From contig CM106585.1 of assembly GCA_048013815.1 (NCBI GenBank), positions 14,012,001 to 14,076,000 on the forward strand: DNA of 64,000 nucleotides, given 5' to 3'. The stretch is from Setoptus koraiensis (taxonomy: Eukaryota > Animalia > Arthropoda). The notes beneath the pieces are model-generated. The model made no database searches. It was not told where the DNA came from and saw nothing but the letters and a program-made list of their open reading frames with translations. Made by a program: the position numbers and the translations under genes. Positions 61,160 through 64,000 of this stretch are shown piece by piece (the first letter of the stretch is position 1; each line of letters begins with the position of its first letter).

Positions 61160-64000
61160 ACCGGTTCGCAAGATCATCCGCAGTAGCAGTGGCAGACAGA
61201 TAGAGGTCAGTATCAGTAATAATATCATTGTGATATACTTTCATGTACGTATGGTGGGTGGCAAACTAGACAAAAGGTACAAAGGTGCAAAAAGTAAATA
61301 CGAGCTCGTTCGTGATCGTGATAGATCGACATTTTACACGAGTCTAACCAGCTGAATCTGATGAAATTTTGAAAGACTGGCCTCTCTGTTAAGTAGCAGC
61401 TTGCAACAAACAATCATCAGTCGTTATCGCCTCAATGCATAATCTCGAGATTGCCCACCAGAGTCATTTAGCCACCATAATCAATATCGAGCCTGTTTCT
61501 TATCTCACAAGATGTAGCAATACACCGCTGTGAGGACCCTCCCCTGCCCCCCATTCCACTCTGCTATTCTCTTTCAAATCAATCAAATCAACCAACAGCA
61601 ACAATGATCAGATAAATTATCTTTGCCATTTCTGTTGGCTGGCCGAGCCAAGCTGCACAGCCAACAGCCGGCTATCAGTGGGCCCCATGACAATCCGTAC
61701 AAGATCGTACGCATTGTGGCCATCACACACTAAGGGGCCCCACATTGAGGTTGCTCCAGTGTGCACTTAGCACCCAGCTTAATTACTACCTGCAAGAGGT
61801 GCACCTGTTAAGCTGCGTGCCAACTAACGATCACTTTTGCGGGCCGCTTGTTGCAAAACAAACAATTGCCCCCAAGCCGCAACATTGCCACTGTGCGACT
61901 ATTTTGGGTTGGGATTCAGCTATTACGATGCGGGCTGCATCATGTAATTTGTTGCAAACCTGGCAAAATTGCATAATTATCTATTAGGCACGTCTGTTAT
62001 GTAACTGACTGGCTGGTTGAGCAACGTATTGTGTGACCATTGGACGGCCCACAGCTCTGATTGTCGTTGCCGCTTTGAGTGTCAGTTGATTCATTATTTG
62101 GGGCACCTTCTAAGTGCACCAAAAACTGTTGATGTGAGTGGTGACAAATTCAAATTGAAATTGATTTGAATTCACAATTGACGCCAGCAAATGCAAACGG
62201 TACAATTGGCGGTCTCTGGGCCCCAGAGGCCGGGACGCAGTTCTGGCAGTGTGTTATGGTAGAAAGGCATCCCATTGAAAAGGCCGAAGCCCAAATGTAT
62301 TTGCTGCCCAAAACAGTGTGTGGCGAATGTACCATTTGAAACATTAGGCGCCGTTAGAGTTAAGTCAGTCAAATTGAGCGCGTTGTTACGGCAAAACTAT
62401 TACGTGCAATTGGCACCATAGCCAAGCAGTTCTGGCATGGTGTCGACAGGTAACACTTTGCTGCGAATGTGTCAGAAAACGCATTTTGTGAGGCATCTTT
62501 CGCTCGGCGTCACTCGACTTAACTGGGCAAACGGGGCAAAAATAGCAGACATGCTTGCAGCAGTTTTAAGTAAATTGCATCTGGCAAGTATTAACTCGAA
62601 CTGACTTGGGGCGCTTGAAGTGCAACCATCATGGCCACGAACAACAAATGGCGCAACGTCAAATAGTGAACTGATCGGACTACAAATGGATAACAAAACA
62701 CAACCAGACAGACGAGACGATTTGAAACGATAGCGGGACGTACAACGTGTGTTGTTAGATATGGTGATGGCGATATCTCACATGAGCCAAAAGAATAAAT
62801 CATTGCTAGCTGAGGCCAGTAGTTAAGCTTCCACTGGTAGTAATGGCATCCATAAATAGCTGAGATGGCGAAAGATGGATGCAAATTAGATGGCGAGAGA
62901 GCTGCTGGTGCCCATTGTGCTCTTATGATAAGAGTCTTATCGCCCATATTAAATATTGAGGCGCGTTGCAAAATTGAATCAATTTGATGCGATGCTCTCT
63001 CTCTGGTCAGTGGACCCATTTGATGCAACGGCCCCTCTCAGAGCCTTCGTGCCAATTTCACGTGATGCACCCAAGCCGGGCGGGTATCAGAAACAACGTT
63101 GGTGTGCCAAGTGTTGTTGTGGTCAAACAGGCAACACTTTATCAAGTTTAAACACTCTATTTGCATTGCAGTATGCAGATTATGTACTGCACAAACTGTC
63201 TAAATCTGTATCTAGTGAAAGGAGAGATTATAAAGATTACAAACTGTTTTATCAACTGTCTGCGTGTCTATTGTGGCCAGTTGTAAAGCATAAAGTGTTA
63301 GCGGGACTGCACATTGTACATCCGAAGCTGTGCCGGGGTATTACCTGGGGTCAAGATTACTGGCTTTTTGTGTATTGATATAAATTGATAAATCCAGGTG
63401 AGTGAGAGCTGTGAGAGCAACAATTCAGACAGTTGAGCCAAGTCTGTTGCAAACTGCACAACTGGCGCCACCATTAAGCAAGCGAGGAATTAAGCAGATA
63501 CAGGCGATAGTGTGGATTGGATAGTGTGAATATATATTTGAAGCGGGTTCCGTCGAGTCGGCTTTGTCGGCTTGTGTGGCCTTCCGGACTGGTGAAGCTG
63601 GAGTTAAAGCAATCGAGGGCTTGATCATTTATATCATTTCATCAAGTTGCTGCTGGCAATTTCTTGCTTTACTTCACTTGAGCAGTTGTTGTGTGGGCCG
63701 AGTGCGATGAGTGAAATGAGGCGAGTTCCGACGAGTCCGATGAAAGCGCCACTAACCTTGATAGTGTGTTATGTCGGCAATAAGGAAATAAAGTATAGAT
63801 AAGTGAAGCCAGCACCACTCAACGGTACCCTCGACAATACCCTCAATGCTACCGGGCCCAAGAGGACCAATGCGACAATAACAGCCGCACCAGCGACAAC
63901 AATCGACAGTTTGTGATAGATCTAGGTAAAATGGCAAGATAGTGCCAGACAGCGAGCGAGACAGAGAACTGTCGAGAGGCGTGTGCATAAAGGAGGAGGA

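Overview
Eukaryotic nuclear DNA with GT-AG introns, from a compact arthropod genome. A mite such as an eriophyoid is my best guess (inference from gene content, intronless housekeeping genes and CAA/CA microsatellites). The window has two compartments. (1) About 1-29.6 kb is GC-rich, full of palindromes and microsatellites, and almost entirely intronic. It holds two minus-strand genes in tandem: a 4-exon vein/neuregulin-like EGFR ligand (29541->5569, introns of 8.6 kb, 0.2 kb and 12.6 kb) and the 5' part of synapsin (5283->beyond position 1). (2) About 29.6-55 kb is AT-richer and gene-dense: CD2BP2, a UIM-motif protein, MTP, a secreted Gly-rich protein, NPL4, an orphan ORF, RAD51, POLA2, PDCD10 and a 1149-aa secreted-looking polyampholyte. 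The last 9 kb has small secreted-peptide ORFs, a 175-bp duplication and mostly unexplained sequence. Main leads: vein and synapsin appear nearly abutting or interleaved; three core proteins appear stripped of accessory domains (CD2BP2 GYF, NPL4 UBXL and NZF, POLA2 N-terminus); and there is a set of unrecognised secreted low-complexity proteins (candidate silk, cement or effector components). Exon models were assembled by hand, homologue comparisons are from memory, and no searches were run.
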